A DNA stretch of 64,000 nucleotides from an uncultured Bacteroides sp. (lineage in GTDB: Bacteria; Bacteroidota; Bacteroidia; Bacteroidales; Bacteroidaceae). This document shows, in pieces, positions 9,762 to 20,419 of the stretch. The stretch's first letter is position 1. Each line of letters begins with the position of its first letter. The translations under genes were made by a program, and so were the position numbers. The stretch spans positions 9,654 through 73,653 of the forward strand of contig NZ_CALDPF010000055.1 in assembly GCF_937912035.1 (NCBI RefSeq), in the 5' to 3' direction. The notes beneath the pieces were generated by a model that did not search any database, was not told the origin of the DNA, and saw only the letters and a list, made by a program, of their open reading frames with translations.

Positions 9762-10853
9762 ATGAAACAACGGCTTAAACATACATTGAAGATTCTCATG
9801 TCCGTCATTGTGCTGGGCATGTCTGTATCATCGTGTACCGACCTTATCTTCGACGACCGAAGCGGGTGCGACAGAGGTGTGTTTGTGAAATTCAAGTACG
9901 ACTATAACCTCCAGCATTCCGATATGTTTGCCGATCATGTAGGAGAAGTTACCGTATACGTATTCGACGAACAGGGACGATACGTCACCGGCAAGGCAGA
10001 AGCCAACGAAGATGGTCTGGTTCCACTAAAAGATGATGACTACTCCATGTTCTTCGACCTGCCTGTAGGAAAGTATCAGTTTGTGGCATACGCACAGCAA
10101 AGAAAATATTCCGACCTTATTATTGAAGACGGAGCAAAGTTTATAAGGAGTAGAGGACTTAACGGCAGGAATATCATGATGGAAGATCTTAATGTGGAGC
10201 TTTCGCATAAAGTGTCTGATATAGATGGGAAAATCTATATCGACCATCAGAATCTTCCGCTTGATACATTGTGGCATTCCAAATCGGAAGAACCCGTGGA
10301 AGTGGTTCAGGGAAAGTATGTCTATCATACTCTCTCGCTGGTAAGGAACACTAAAGTTATTAGTGTGGTGCTCAGGGATATTGAAGAACCCGACGCCATG
10401 AACATTGATGACTATGATATGTATATTGACGGAGCGAACGTCATTCTCAACCACGACAACACGCCGGACAACAGCGTGAGGGCAAGATGTACGCCATACG
10501 TCTCGTGGAACACACAAGATCCCGTCGCCAACAGCCGTACGGGAGTGGGAAGCATGGGACATGCCGACTTCATGACTTCCAGAATAATTCTCCATGACAG
10601 TACCGCAGAAGATGAGGTGCTGGTGGTGAAAAACAAAAAGACAGGCAAAAAAGTTATAGAGGTCAATCTGCCGGACTTGCTTACCAGACTAAGCAACTAT
10701 GATGAATCACACAGGTACACCAAACAGGAGTTCCTGGACCGCGGCTATGATTACGACCTTACCTTCTTTCTTGCAGGCGATAGCTGGGCTTACGTCAATG
10801 TCTCAATCGGAGTATTGGGATGGAGCAAGAGGGTTCAGAATGTTGAATTATGA
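9762..10853 (+). CDS. FimB/Mfa2-family anchor pilin (lipoprotein)
   Basis: Lipobox VSSC, C.RGVFVKFKYDYN...DMFADHVGEVTVYVFDEQG, LDTLWH, QEFLDRGYDYDLTFFL, VLGWSKRVQNVEL. Confidence 0.85.
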   Translation: MKQRLKHTLKILMSVIVLGMSVSSCTDLIFDDRSGCDRGVFVKFKYDYNLQHSDMFADHVGEVTVYVFDEQGRYVTGKAEANEDGLVPLKDDDYSMFFDLPVGKYQFVAYAQQRKYSDLIIEDGAKFIRSRGLNGRNIMMEDLNVELSHKVSDIDGKIYIDHQNLPLDTLWHSKSEEPVEVVQGKYVYHTLSLVRNTKVISVVLRDIEEPDAMNIDDYDMYIDGANVILNHDNTPDNSVRARCTPYVSWNTQDPVANSRTGVGSMGHADFMTSRIILHDSTAEDEVLVVKNKKTGKKVIEVNLPDLLTRLSNYDESHRYTKQEFLDRGYDYDLTFFLAGDSWAYVNVSIGVLGWSKRVQNVEL

Positions 10854-10899
10854 TCTGACATAATACTAAATACTAAGCTATTATTTTATATTTTAATTT

Positions 10900-12597
10900 A
10901 TGCTACTTGTGTACCGACATATTATAAGGTACTGCTCGCTACTTATCATTGCCTTTTCCATGATAGGTTGTGCTGCAGATAATTTCTCCGCAGAAGTGGA
11001 GGAAGAGGAAGTCGTGCCGGGAGATTTGGTAGTGTCGATTAATGTAAATTTAGATGGTAATGGTTCTTCAAGGTCGAGTGCTGAGGATGATGAGGTGCGA
11101 ATACCTGACACTGCTGATGAGAACAAGCTATCGCATGGACATCTGTTCCTTCAGAATTTAGATGATAACGGCAATCCTGTGGAGGGACAGACGATGTATT
11201 ATGTAAAAGTTAGTTTGAAGAATGGAGAAAATACATTTAAACTTAAAAATATAGATTTCGGGAAGAAACGTATATATATAGCGGCCAATCTGAGTGATGG
11301 ACAGGCAAGTCATTTCGCAACTACAGCAAATACCGAATATGATATTCCTAATCAGAAAGGATATAATCTGACTGAGGAATTTGCACGTAAAACAGACATT
11401 GCAATGTTCTGCACTGAGGGGCAGATATTGGATTTCATAGAAAACAAATTGTATGTGTTTGAGAAACCATTTATACTGAAACGTCTTGTGGCAAAAGTAC
11501 ATGTCACGGCAACAACAACTAATATAAATGATATTGAATATTGTACATTGGCAGGTCCTATGGATGGTATAGGATGGATTCGTCTGGAAAATGTGAAATA
11601 CCTTATCAACGGATTGAATACCAAGAGCTACCTCATGCAGAAATATATTAATACCACTCCGGAAGACCCTAATTTCAGCATAGAAAATAATATTCATGTT
11701 AGTGATGACAATATAGACCCTATAAACTATCAGGATTTTTATTTTAACAGTATAAACAGTGTTTCGGAATATGAAAGTAATTTTGCTCAGGCTGAGAAAT
11801 ATGACGCAAGCAGAATTCCCATGTCGAATGATAATTCTGTTGAAAATGCATATACAGCAGGTTTGTATTGTCCGGAAAATACATTTACATTACCTTCAGA
11901 CCAATCAAAGTCTGATGCATTCGGTAAATATAAGTCGGACGCATGGCCAATGGTAACACATGTGATAGTTTCGGCGAAATTCACTCCTGGGAAAATTGTG
12001 GTTGAAAGAAGTCTGGCAACTTGGGTTCAGAGTTCCAGTAATATATCGATAAGTCAGGAAGTAAGATTAAAAATAAAGGATAAAATTGATCAAGCTCCTG
12101 ACCTTAATGATAGTTTTAAGTCATTATGTACTATTGAGTGTTCGTCAGAGGATGTGGCGAAAGCCGTTCTCTTGTCTTCATTGAAAATGGCAGGCTATCT
12201 TAAAGAGGATGACAATTCTCAGGGCTTGCCGGATGAAACATATTTCTGGAATGATTCAGAAAACCTTCCGATGGTGTTTACTTATGGTGCGGCTAAAATT
12301 TTTTCCGGTACCATTAATAATACTGAACAGTTTGAACAGTTTGCTACTGTTCCCGGTGGTGTAGGCTATTACTACATATATTTGGATAATACTAACTCTA
12401 CATCAGGAAGTGGTACTGCGTCATACGATAGAAAGAATCCTAAGAATAGCATAGTGGAACGCAATGCCTATTATCTGGTGAACATAAAATCTTTCTCCGG
12501 TCCGGGAGACGCTACCCTTAAGGGAGATAACATATTGGTGAATACTGTAAAGGCCGAATGGAAAAATGGTGGAAATGCTGTGGTGGATTTGGAATAA
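10900..12597 (+). CDS. Mfa1-like accessory pilin (lipoprotein)
   Basis: Lipobox MIGC, IYIAANL, LKRLVAKV, YCPENT, VERNAYYLVNI...GPG, W....VVDLE terminal strand. Confidence 0.75.
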   Translation: MLLVYRHIIRYCSLLIIAFSMIGCAADNFSAEVEEEEVVPGDLVVSINVNLDGNGSSRSSAEDDEVRIPDTADENKLSHGHLFLQNLDDNGNPVEGQTMYYVKVSLKNGENTFKLKNIDFGKKRIYIAANLSDGQASHFATTANTEYDIPNQKGYNLTEEFARKTDIAMFCTEGQILDFIENKLYVFEKPFILKRLVAKVHVTATTTNINDIEYCTLAGPMDGIGWIRLENVKYLINGLNTKSYLMQKYINTTPEDPNFSIENNIHVSDDNIDPINYQDFYFNSINSVSEYESNFAQAEKYDASRIPMSNDNSVENAYTAGLYCPENTFTLPSDQSKSDAFGKYKSDAWPMVTHVIVSAKFTPGKIVVERSLATWVQSSSNISISQEVRLKIKDKIDQAPDLNDSFKSLCTIECSSEDVAKAVLLSSLKMAGYLKEDDNSQGLPDETYFWNDSENLPMVFTYGAAKIFSGTINNTEQFEQFATVPGGVGYYYIYLDNTNSTSGSGTASYDRKNPKNSIVERNAYYLVNIKSFSGPGDATLKGDNILVNTVKAEWKNGGNAVVDLE

Positions 12598-12655
12598 GTT
12601 TGTATGGGTATGTTATTTTATTTGCAAATTGTTTCTTTTATAAAATGAATGTTTT

Positions 12656-13852
12656 ATGATTATTGACAAGTTGACATATAAATTGAAGATTCTGTTTACG
12701 TCTGTTCTTTGTATGGGAATGACGACAGGATGTAATGATGCTTACGAACAGCCGAATACGGACAATGATGAGGCTTCGTTTATAAGCGTTCATACGACTG
12801 TCGATTCCAAGGCTGGAGAAGATGATGCGGAAAGGGCACAGCTATTGTTTTGGGATGAAGAAACATTTCATGATACATGGATAAAAAATGAAGAAAATGT
12901 AATTGCTTCTCCGTGGTTTGTCTCTATTCTTGATAATGAAATAGACTATTACAGTAAGGAAACAGGGATTGCGTTCAATACGAAAGAGAAATATCCTGTC
13001 GGTACCGATGCTACTATCCATGCTACAGGGTATTATCCTGCTGCAGCATTGTTGCCTGTAAATGGAAACTATTCCAAACTTCAGGTGCAACCAGATTATC
13101 AGAATGGTAAATTTGATTTCATGACGTGCGATGGTTGTGTTAAACATTCGGCTTCACGTGATAAACCTTTTACAAATTCGGACAAAGAATTGGAATTCCG
13201 TCATCTTATGGCATGTATCAGATTTCTTGGAGAAAGGGATGAATCGATGAATAACATTGTGGGGGTGAAAAATGTCGAGATAACTGTTTATAATGACAAT
13301 CTGGATGATGGTTATAAAATATTTTATTTGCCAACTTCCTTTGAACTATATACTTATGATTCAGAGGATAATGATGCGCAGAAAGATAAATCTACTTATA
13401 TTATCGGTGGATATTCACCTGCACCGGATGAAATATCTATTCATTACTCCGGTAAAATAAATATGGGCGAAAAAATAGAGCTAGGTGCTTGCTATGTAGT
13501 ATCACATGATTTGAATTATAAAGATCAGTTGAAAGCTAATTATGTGGATCCTTTTGGAAAGATAGATTATAACACTGATGATACTTCCCGACCTAAATTA
13601 AAAATTAAGGTTAAAGCAGATTTCTACTCCATCAGTGGAGGTGAGACAGCTTTCACCACTGAAACATGGGATAATATGGTGATTGAAGGAGAAAAGTGGA
13701 ATTTATGTGAAACAGGGGATAAGTTCATTCCAGGATATAGATATGATATACTTTTACATTTTAACCGTTCGGGAGTAACTGTAAAGGCTGAAGCAGTTCC
13801 ATGGGAAGATGGAGGTATTCATGTACATCCGGTGCAACCCACAAATCCGTGA
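12656..13852 (+). CDS. Fimbrillin-family (Mfa-like) lipoprotein
   Basis: Lipobox TTGC, ATGYYP, DFM, LEFRHLMACIRF, PGYRYDI.L, VPWEDGG. Confidence 0.75.
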   Translation: MIIDKLTYKLKILFTSVLCMGMTTGCNDAYEQPNTDNDEASFISVHTTVDSKAGEDDAERAQLLFWDEETFHDTWIKNEENVIASPWFVSILDNEIDYYSKETGIAFNTKEKYPVGTDATIHATGYYPAAALLPVNGNYSKLQVQPDYQNGKFDFMTCDGCVKHSASRDKPFTNSDKELEFRHLMACIRFLGERDESMNNIVGVKNVEITVYNDNLDDGYKIFYLPTSFELYTYDSEDNDAQKDKSTYIIGGYSPAPDEISIHYSGKINMGEKIELGACYVVSHDLNYKDQLKANYVDPFGKIDYNTDDTSRPKLKIKVKADFYSISGGETAFTTETWDNMVIEGEKWNLCETGDKFIPGYRYDILLHFNRSGVTVKAEAVPWEDGGIHVHPVQPTNP

Positions 13853-13888
13853 ACAGTGTAATTGTACTAATTTATAATGATTGAAGTT

Positions 13889-16156
13889 ATGGTAAAGAGA
13901 GTATATATAGCAGCTGTAAATTTGATTCTGATATCCGCGCTTTTCTTTTCATGTGTAAAGGAAGGCATGGAAGGATATGCCGATAATCCGGATGAAATAA
14001 AGATTGTGGGAAGCAAGGGGGAGAATATCTCCAGAAGTGTTCCGCCAAATGCAAATTTTAAGAAAGGTATAAGCTATCGTTTGTGGGCCTATGATAATTC
14101 ACTAGAAAATGGGAAATATCTTTTTATTAACAAAGATGATATTCAAAATGGTATTATTGCTAAAGAATCTGAGGGGCATTATATTGAGATAAATGATTCC
14201 AACAGAAGTCGTCTTGTGGATAATTTCACGATATACGGACTTACTGATAATAGAACAACTGACAGAGATGCTTTTACTCCCAAATCAGGTACAACAACTG
14301 GATATACTTTTTCAATAGATGATAGTAATGAAATTCAGATTCCAACAGATACAAATTCTGTAAACGAGCAACTGACGGACTATTATAGAGGTGAGTTCGA
14401 ATATGTTCGTGACAATATGCCTATTGATAGTAAAGGCTTGATTGTGATGAATTTCAAACATATCATGTCGCAGTTAAAGATAAGCATATTGCAACAGCCG
14501 GATGAAAATACGGGTGATATATATGATGATTTGAAGGTCACAAAAATAGAGCTGGAAGGTGATTACAGTTCTATGGATTATGATGTGAAAACTGATGCTT
14601 TTTCTAATTCGGTAGAATACAGTAACGGAAGTCTGAGAACTTTATGGGTATGGGATGATGCTATAACTGACGCAAATAATAAAATAACTACAGATGTAAA
14701 ATATTTCGTTACTTCTACTGTCTTTCCTACATTGAGTGCTGGTAGAGAATATAATTTATATCTTACATTGGATGGTGTTGATGCTCAGAAATTCAACCTT
14801 GAGAATGGAAAAGTAAAAATAAAACTTACAGATTCAGGATTGGGAGAAACAAACCTTAATTTCAAACAAAATTATTCCTATCATATTCAGGTGTTCTTTA
14901 TGTCCGGTAATGTTCATGTGATAGCAATCAGACCGGAGGTATATCCGTGGCTTGATGGTGAGACTGATAATGGTGAGGAGCAGGGAGATAAGTATGAGGA
15001 GGTAGCTTTAGGAAATACCTTGCTGTTTGACAACCTTTTGTGGGCAGACAGAAACTTGGGAGCTACGGAGTTTAGTCCGGTTGATGAAGCATCTTTTAAG
15101 AATTGTACAGGATTCTATTATCAGTTCCAAAGGAATATTCCGTATTTCCCTAAAACTTTAGAAGAAGGTGAATTGGTTTATCCTGTGACATCTAATGCGA
15201 CGGCTAATACTCAAGTCCCTAAAAATAGGGATGATATTATAGATTGGCCTAATAGGGGAAGTTTCATAGAAAAAATAGAAGATATATATGAGGTTGATAA
15301 TAAGAAATACGCCGGTTTTGCAGTATACAACTCAGGACAAGGGTTACCAGGTACTTTGAATTGGGCTGGTAATATCTCAGAACAACCAGTTCCTCCTGGA
15401 TGGCGTATTCCTACGCCTGATGAATTTCTAAGTATTATGCCAAGTTGTCCTGCTGCAGGAAATATTACCTTTCTTAAGAATGTAAAAAAGAATGGTGCGG
15501 ATTTTGGTCAGAATGAGTATGTAATATTATCAGAAAAAGTTATATCTTTAAAGGTTCCTTATGATAATAATTATGATTATTGTCCTGAAGAATACACAGA
15601 TGTTAATGATGTGAACTCTGATCCTATAGGTGGGTATAGTTCTGTTTATGTTATTAGTAAATCTGATGAATTACAAGACTGTGTTGGTGCCCCAAAGTCT
15701 GGGGGACCATCTTGGGGTACTATTTATGCTATAAAGAAAATAGGGACGGATGAGGCATATAGAATGCGATGGCATATAATACGGCCTATTGCAGATGTTG
15801 ATAATTATGTATTGGTTATTTCAAAATATTCTGCTTCTAAAACTGATGAGCTTCTTTTTAGGGATGATGATATAAATAATAAATATTACTATCGGAATTA
15901 TGATTGGGATAATCCTTCTGCTGTAATGTATATACCAATAGTTGGAATGATAGGTTCCAATTGGAGGCCAGGACAGGTTGGAAACTTTGGTACTGAAACT
16001 ATTTTATTGACAACAGATAAAGTTGACAGTAACAATTTTAAAACACTTAGAATAAAGATTGCAGGAGATAATGGTATAAATCAATATATTTTTGTCTCAC
16101 AAGATTTTGGTGGTAGTGGCGGTCAGCTACGACTTGTTAGAGATATTACAAACTAA
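13889..16156 (+). CDS. Fimbrillin-family lipoprotein with extra C-terminal domain, probable tip adhesin (alternative start 13877)
   Basis: Lipobox FFSC, MNFKHIMSQLKI, NYSYHI..VYPW, then WADRNLGA..GFYYQF..PPGWRIPT..LRLVRD. Confidence 0.72.
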   Translation: MVKRVYIAAVNLILISALFFSCVKEGMEGYADNPDEIKIVGSKGENISRSVPPNANFKKGISYRLWAYDNSLENGKYLFINKDDIQNGIIAKESEGHYIEINDSNRSRLVDNFTIYGLTDNRTTDRDAFTPKSGTTTGYTFSIDDSNEIQIPTDTNSVNEQLTDYYRGEFEYVRDNMPIDSKGLIVMNFKHIMSQLKISILQQPDENTGDIYDDLKVTKIELEGDYSSMDYDVKTDAFSNSVEYSNGSLRTLWVWDDAITDANNKITTDVKYFVTSTVFPTLSAGREYNLYLTLDGVDAQKFNLENGKVKIKLTDSGLGETNLNFKQNYSYHIQVFFMSGNVHVIAIRPEVYPWLDGETDNGEEQGDKYEEVALGNTLLFDNLLWADRNLGATEFSPVDEASFKNCTGFYYQFQRNIPYFPKTLEEGELVYPVTSNATANTQVPKNRDDIIDWPNRGSFIEKIEDIYEVDNKKYAGFAVYNSGQGLPGTLNWAGNISEQPVPPGWRIPTPDEFLSIMPSCPAAGNITFLKNVKKNGADFGQNEYVILSEKVISLKVPYDNNYDYCPEEYTDVNDVNSDPIGGYSSVYVISKSDELQDCVGAPKSGGPSWGTIYAIKKIGTDEAYRMRWHIIRPIADVDNYVLVISKYSASKTDELLFRDDDINNKYYYRNYDWDNPSAVMYIPIVGMIGSNWRPGQVGNFGTETILLTTDKVDSNNFKTLRIKIAGDNGINQYIFVSQDFGGSGGQLRLVRDITN

Positions 16157-16175
16157 GTTATTAAACCTGACGAGT

Positions 16176-17222
16176 ATGATTAGAACTTTGAATTTATTAT
16201 ATATATTTTTGTTCCTTACGGCTATAATGCTGGTTTCATGCACAGACGGTTTGCATGAAGAGGATGATCAGGAAGAAATCCCGGAAGGATGCGTGCATGT
16301 GAATTTCACTCTCTCCGGTTCGTACGGTGGACCGCTTTCAGACCTATCACGCAGTAATCCATTGGATAATTATTCACCAGTTAAGATACCGGATGGTACA
16401 ACATTGTGGATTGCTGTTTATAAGCAGAGTAATGTACTTGAAAAAGTAAAATCGTTTGTGGTTAAAGGTAACACTTTGTATCCATGTAAAGTTGATGCTG
16501 ATGGCAATGTTACTGACGAAAATGATGTTCCTTTATATCTTGAATCGGGAACATATACTTTCAGGGCTATTGGTCCGGCACGTCAACTTACTGATGATAA
16601 ACATCTGTATATTGAGAACGGGCAATACGTGATAGCCAATGATGAAAGGGATAGGTTTAATACTGGTCTTGCTGAAACTACAAAAGGTACTGCGGGCGTA
16701 ACAAAAGAACTTGATAATGAGGTAAATCCTGTGGTTGAAGTACAACTTAACCCATTGATTAATCAGACAGCCAAACTAAAATTTACAATCAAGGCAGGGG
16801 ATAATGTATATAAACTTGGTGTTCAGACTACGGGTGTGGAAATAGACGGATTGCAGGATAATTATTCTATTTCAAATGATGTAAAAAGTCCGTGGAACTG
16901 GACGTTGGGTACGGATACATTAATAGCATATAGAGGCAATAAGAATACCAAGTTGACGCTTACAGAGCCTGTGGAAATTACAAATGAAAAGGTAGTGTAT
17001 GAGACATCTATTCTTCCTACTGACGCTTATTCCACACCGCTTATCATATTGTTCTCAATGAGAGTGAATGGTGTCCCAAGCCAATTTCAGATGATGCTGA
17101 GCAGAAAGTTTTTTCTGACCGGTTATTCTTATCATTATATGGGAACCATAAATCTTAAAGATGGAATTGCGGCTATGGAATGGATGAATGTGGGTTGGGA
17201 AACGAATGTACCTATTATGTAG
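16176..17222 (+). CDS. Fimbrillin-like accessory pilin (lipoprotein)
   Basis: ATG at 16176 gives lipobox LVSC; GTYTFRAIGPA, QTAKLKF, GYSYHY, W.NVGWETNV terminal strand. Confidence 0.68.
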   Translation: MIRTLNLLYIFLFLTAIMLVSCTDGLHEEDDQEEIPEGCVHVNFTLSGSYGGPLSDLSRSNPLDNYSPVKIPDGTTLWIAVYKQSNVLEKVKSFVVKGNTLYPCKVDADGNVTDENDVPLYLESGTYTFRAIGPARQLTDDKHLYIENGQYVIANDERDRFNTGLAETTKGTAGVTKELDNEVNPVVEVQLNPLINQTAKLKFTIKAGDNVYKLGVQTTGVEIDGLQDNYSISNDVKSPWNWTLGTDTLIAYRGNKNTKLTLTEPVEITNEKVVYETSILPTDAYSTPLIILFSMRVNGVPSQFQMMLSRKFFLTGYSYHYMGTINLKDGIAAMEWMNVGWETNVPIM

Positions 17223-17253
17223 ATGATGTTTATTAGGATATTTAACAAGCAAT

Positions 17254-18330
17254 ATGATTATGAATTACATGAAATATATACTGGTTGTAGTTGCAGTTTC
17301 CTTGGTAAGCGGCTTAACATGTACATCTTGTAGTGACAATATGCCTGATGATGAAACTGGAAATGTTTCGGACGGTTCTCTTACAATAAGGGTGTCGGTA
17401 ACTGATTTTGAATGGGGACAGGTACCATACACTTATTCACGTGCATCTGATCCGATGACTCCGGAAATGGAAAACTCATTAAAGACACTGGCTATACTTC
17501 AGTTCGATTCCGAAGGTAGTTTACGTAGAGAATTAGGGACTCGCGAGAAGCCGTTCAAGTATATAAATCTTGTGGATGAGACAACTCCTAACGGGGTACT
17601 TACGTATAATATAACTCTTGCTCAAGATGAATTTTATCATGGCGAGAATTGTGCTATATGTATCATGGCGAATGTTCCGGAAGAAGAGGTTATGAAGGTG
17701 GTATTTACTGATCAGGAGAATAAAGTCAACACAAATTTAAAGACTTTCAGAACTGAGAAGATAACAATTCCGTATGTAACCGATCCATCGGCAAACGACA
17801 GTTACGGTCTGCAGATTGGGCATGTAAAGCATATTTATATGTTTGGAGAATATACGGGAGATGTTACATCGTCAACACAACAATTAAATATCGGACTGGG
17901 GCGTATGATTAGCCGTTTACAGATTGAAATTAAATCGGATGTGAATGTGAAAGAGGGATATGGACTGTACCTTGGAATAAAGAATCTGGAACAGGAAGTG
18001 TATTTCTATCACGGAGAAACTTCGCCAAATAACCTGTTTACTGAAGCAAATCCATTTGATATTTTAGCGAATGGTGTAAGTGATGAGAAAGTTAATCTGA
18101 AAGAGGGTGTCAAAATTTTCTTTTATGTAGCACCGAGAATGGCTAATAACCCAGAGAATGCAACTTCTTTAAACTTCTGGTATACTGATACAAAGCCTGA
18201 TCCTAATAATCCAGACTATACTTTACCTCTTGGTAATCATAAGCCGGGAAGTGAAGTAGGGGATTATTCTCTTAACAGGAATACTTATTATATGTTTTAT
18301 GTGAATTTGACTGAAAGGTCATCAGAATAA
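17254..18330 (+). CDS. FimA-like N-domain pilin (lipoprotein)
   Basis: Lipobox CTSC, ENSLKTLAILQFD, ICIMANV, LGRMISRL, YSLNRNTYY; no obvious C-terminal W-containing donor strand. Confidence 0.68.
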   Translation: MIMNYMKYILVVVAVSLVSGLTCTSCSDNMPDDETGNVSDGSLTIRVSVTDFEWGQVPYTYSRASDPMTPEMENSLKTLAILQFDSEGSLRRELGTREKPFKYINLVDETTPNGVLTYNITLAQDEFYHGENCAICIMANVPEEEVMKVVFTDQENKVNTNLKTFRTEKITIPYVTDPSANDSYGLQIGHVKHIYMFGEYTGDVTSSTQQLNIGLGRMISRLQIEIKSDVNVKEGYGLYLGIKNLEQEVYFYHGETSPNNLFTEANPFDILANGVSDEKVNLKEGVKIFFYVAPRMANNPENATSLNFWYTDTKPDPNNPDYTLPLGNHKPGSEVGDYSLNRNTYYMFYVNLTERSSE

Positions 18331-18370
18331 AATAATAAGTGTTGAATGTACATTTTATGATTAAAAGTAT

Positions 18371-18378
18371 TATATTTG
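18371..18378 (+). promoter_or_regulatory. -7 promoter element for GH97 gene
   Basis: TATATTTG 31 nt upstream of ATG. Confidence 0.55.
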
Positions 18379-18409
18379 TCATAAGGTTTTTAATTAATAC
18401 ATAATACTT

Positions 18410-20350
18410 ATGAACAAACATCTTTTATTCTGTGCATTCGCATTGTCATTTTCCCCATTATTCGCCCAGCAGGCTACGGTGAAAGGTCCGGACTCAAATC
18501 TTAAAGTTGATATTTCTGTAAAAGGAGGAAAGCCGCTTTATACTGTCACTTATAAGAATAATATCATTCTGGAAGATTCTCCATTGGGATTTGTCACAAG
18601 CATAGGTGATTTCAGCCAAAACGTTTCATACGTGGGACAGAAATTATCGTCAATAAAGAAAACTTATGTACAGGACAGAATCAAGCAGTCGTCTGTAAAT
18701 TATAATGCAAACGAACTGAGAGTGACATTCAAAAATGCCGATAAGAATTCTTACGACGTAGTGTTCAGAGTGAGCAATAATGACATAGCTTTCCGTTATG
18801 AATTGCCGCAGTATGGCGAAACTGCATCTATAGTGATGAAGTCTGAGGCTACAGGATTTGATTTCCCTGAGAATACCACTACATTTATTTGTCCTCAGAG
18901 CGATCCTATGGTGGGTTGGAAGAGAACAAAGCCTAGCTATGAGGAGGAATATAAGGCTGATGCTCCTATTTCTACTACATCGCAGTATGGTGAGGGATAT
19001 ACGTTTCCATGTCTTTTCCATGTGGGAGACAACTGGGCTTTGGTGTCGGAGACTGGTGTAAGAAGCAAATACTGTGCGTCGCATCTGAGTGACGCTACCG
19101 AAGAAGGGCTTTATACTATTGCATTCCCTAATGAGGGTGAACTGAACGGACTGGGTGCGTCTACTCCGGGAATGGCACTTCCGGGAGAAACTCCGTGGCG
19201 TACTATAACTGTGGGAGATAATCTGAAACCGATAGTGGAGACTACTGTGCCTTTCGATGTAGTGGAACCATTGTACGAACCATCGCAGGAATATAAATTC
19301 GGACGTTCCACTTGGAGCTGGATACTGTGGCAGGACCCAAGCATTAATTACGAAGACCAGATAAAGTTTATCGATCTTGCGGCACAGATGGGGTATGAAT
19401 ATACTCTTATCGATGGTGGTTGGGAAACCAATATAGGACGTGAACGTATGGAGGAACTTTTCAAATATGCACAAAGTAAAGGTGTAGATGTATTTGTATG
19501 GTATAACTCAAACGGATACTGGAATGATGCTCCGCAGTGTGCAAAGCAGTGCATGAGTAATTCGATTGATCGTAAACGTGAGATGAAATGGCTCCAGAAA
19601 TGTGGTGTGAAAGGTTTGAAGGTAGATTTCTTCGGTAGTGACAAGCAGCAGATGATGGAGCTTTATGAGGATATACTGAGTGATGCAAATGACCATGGAC
19701 TGATGATAATATTCCACGGATGTACTATTCCTCGTGGTTGGGAACGTATGTATCCGAACTATGTGGGAAGTGAGGCTGTTCTTGCATCAGAGAACCTGAT
19801 ATTTAACCAGCATTTCGATGATAATGAGGCGTTTAATGCTACTCTTCATCCATTTATACGTAACACTGTAGGTAGTATGGAATTTGGTGGTACGATCCTG
19901 AACAAGAGACTGAACAAAACTAATGATGGAGGAACGATACGACGTACTACTGATGTGTTCCAGATTGCCACTGCTGTGCTTTTCCAGAATCCTATTCAAA
20001 ACTTTGCGATAACTCCTAATAACCAGTATGATGCTCCTGCATCTATGATAGAGTTTATGAAGGAAGTTCCTACTACGTGGGACGAGACACGATTCATAGA
20101 CGGTTATCCTGGCAAGTATTGTGTTTTGGCCCGCCGTCATAACGGACATTGGTATATTGCCGGGGTGAGTGCTCTGAAAGAACCTTTAAAACTTGAACTT
20201 GATCTTTCTATGTTGTCTAATGGTGATGAATGCATATATTATTATGACAACAAAAAGCGTGAACCGCAGAAGGAAACTTTAAAAATAAAGAATTCATCAT
20301 CTGTCCCTGTAGTGATACAGCCTGAGGGCGGAGTGGTTATTGTGAAGTAA
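18410..20350 (+). CDS. Glycoside hydrolase family 97, probably retaining subgroup
   Basis: Signal peptide, FRVSNNDIAFRY, TPWRTI, IDGGW, GLKVDFF (Asp nucleophile position), FHGCTIPRGWERMYPN, VPTTWDETRFIDGYPG. Confidence 0.88.
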   Translation: MNKHLLFCAFALSFSPLFAQQATVKGPDSNLKVDISVKGGKPLYTVTYKNNIILEDSPLGFVTSIGDFSQNVSYVGQKLSSIKKTYVQDRIKQSSVNYNANELRVTFKNADKNSYDVVFRVSNNDIAFRYELPQYGETASIVMKSEATGFDFPENTTTFICPQSDPMVGWKRTKPSYEEEYKADAPISTTSQYGEGYTFPCLFHVGDNWALVSETGVRSKYCASHLSDATEEGLYTIAFPNEGELNGLGASTPGMALPGETPWRTITVGDNLKPIVETTVPFDVVEPLYEPSQEYKFGRSTWSWILWQDPSINYEDQIKFIDLAAQMGYEYTLIDGGWETNIGRERMEELFKYAQSKGVDVFVWYNSNGYWNDAPQCAKQCMSNSIDRKREMKWLQKCGVKGLKVDFFGSDKQQMMELYEDILSDANDHGLMIIFHGCTIPRGWERMYPNYVGSEAVLASENLIFNQHFDDNEAFNATLHPFIRNTVGSMEFGGTILNKRLNKTNDGGTIRRTTDVFQIATAVLFQNPIQNFAITPNNQYDAPASMIEFMKEVPTTWDETRFIDGYPGKYCVLARRHNGHWYIAGVSALKEPLKLELDLSMLSNGDECIYYYDNKKREPQKETLKIKNSSSVPVVIQPEGGVVIVK

Positions 20351-20419
20351 AACAGACAATTATATTACTGTATTAAAAGAAAATTAACGGTAGTTTATGT
20401 CCGTCATAGAATTTATTTA

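Noticed and set aside
13889..16156. Complete diversity-generating retroelement
   Set aside because: No reverse transcriptase, Avd or template repeat recognisable in the window; kept only as a possible target
18650..19474. 274-aa antisense ORF and the many other short overlapping ORFs in the track
   Set aside because: They lie opposite or out of frame within well-supported genes and show no recognisable motifs; shadow ORFs
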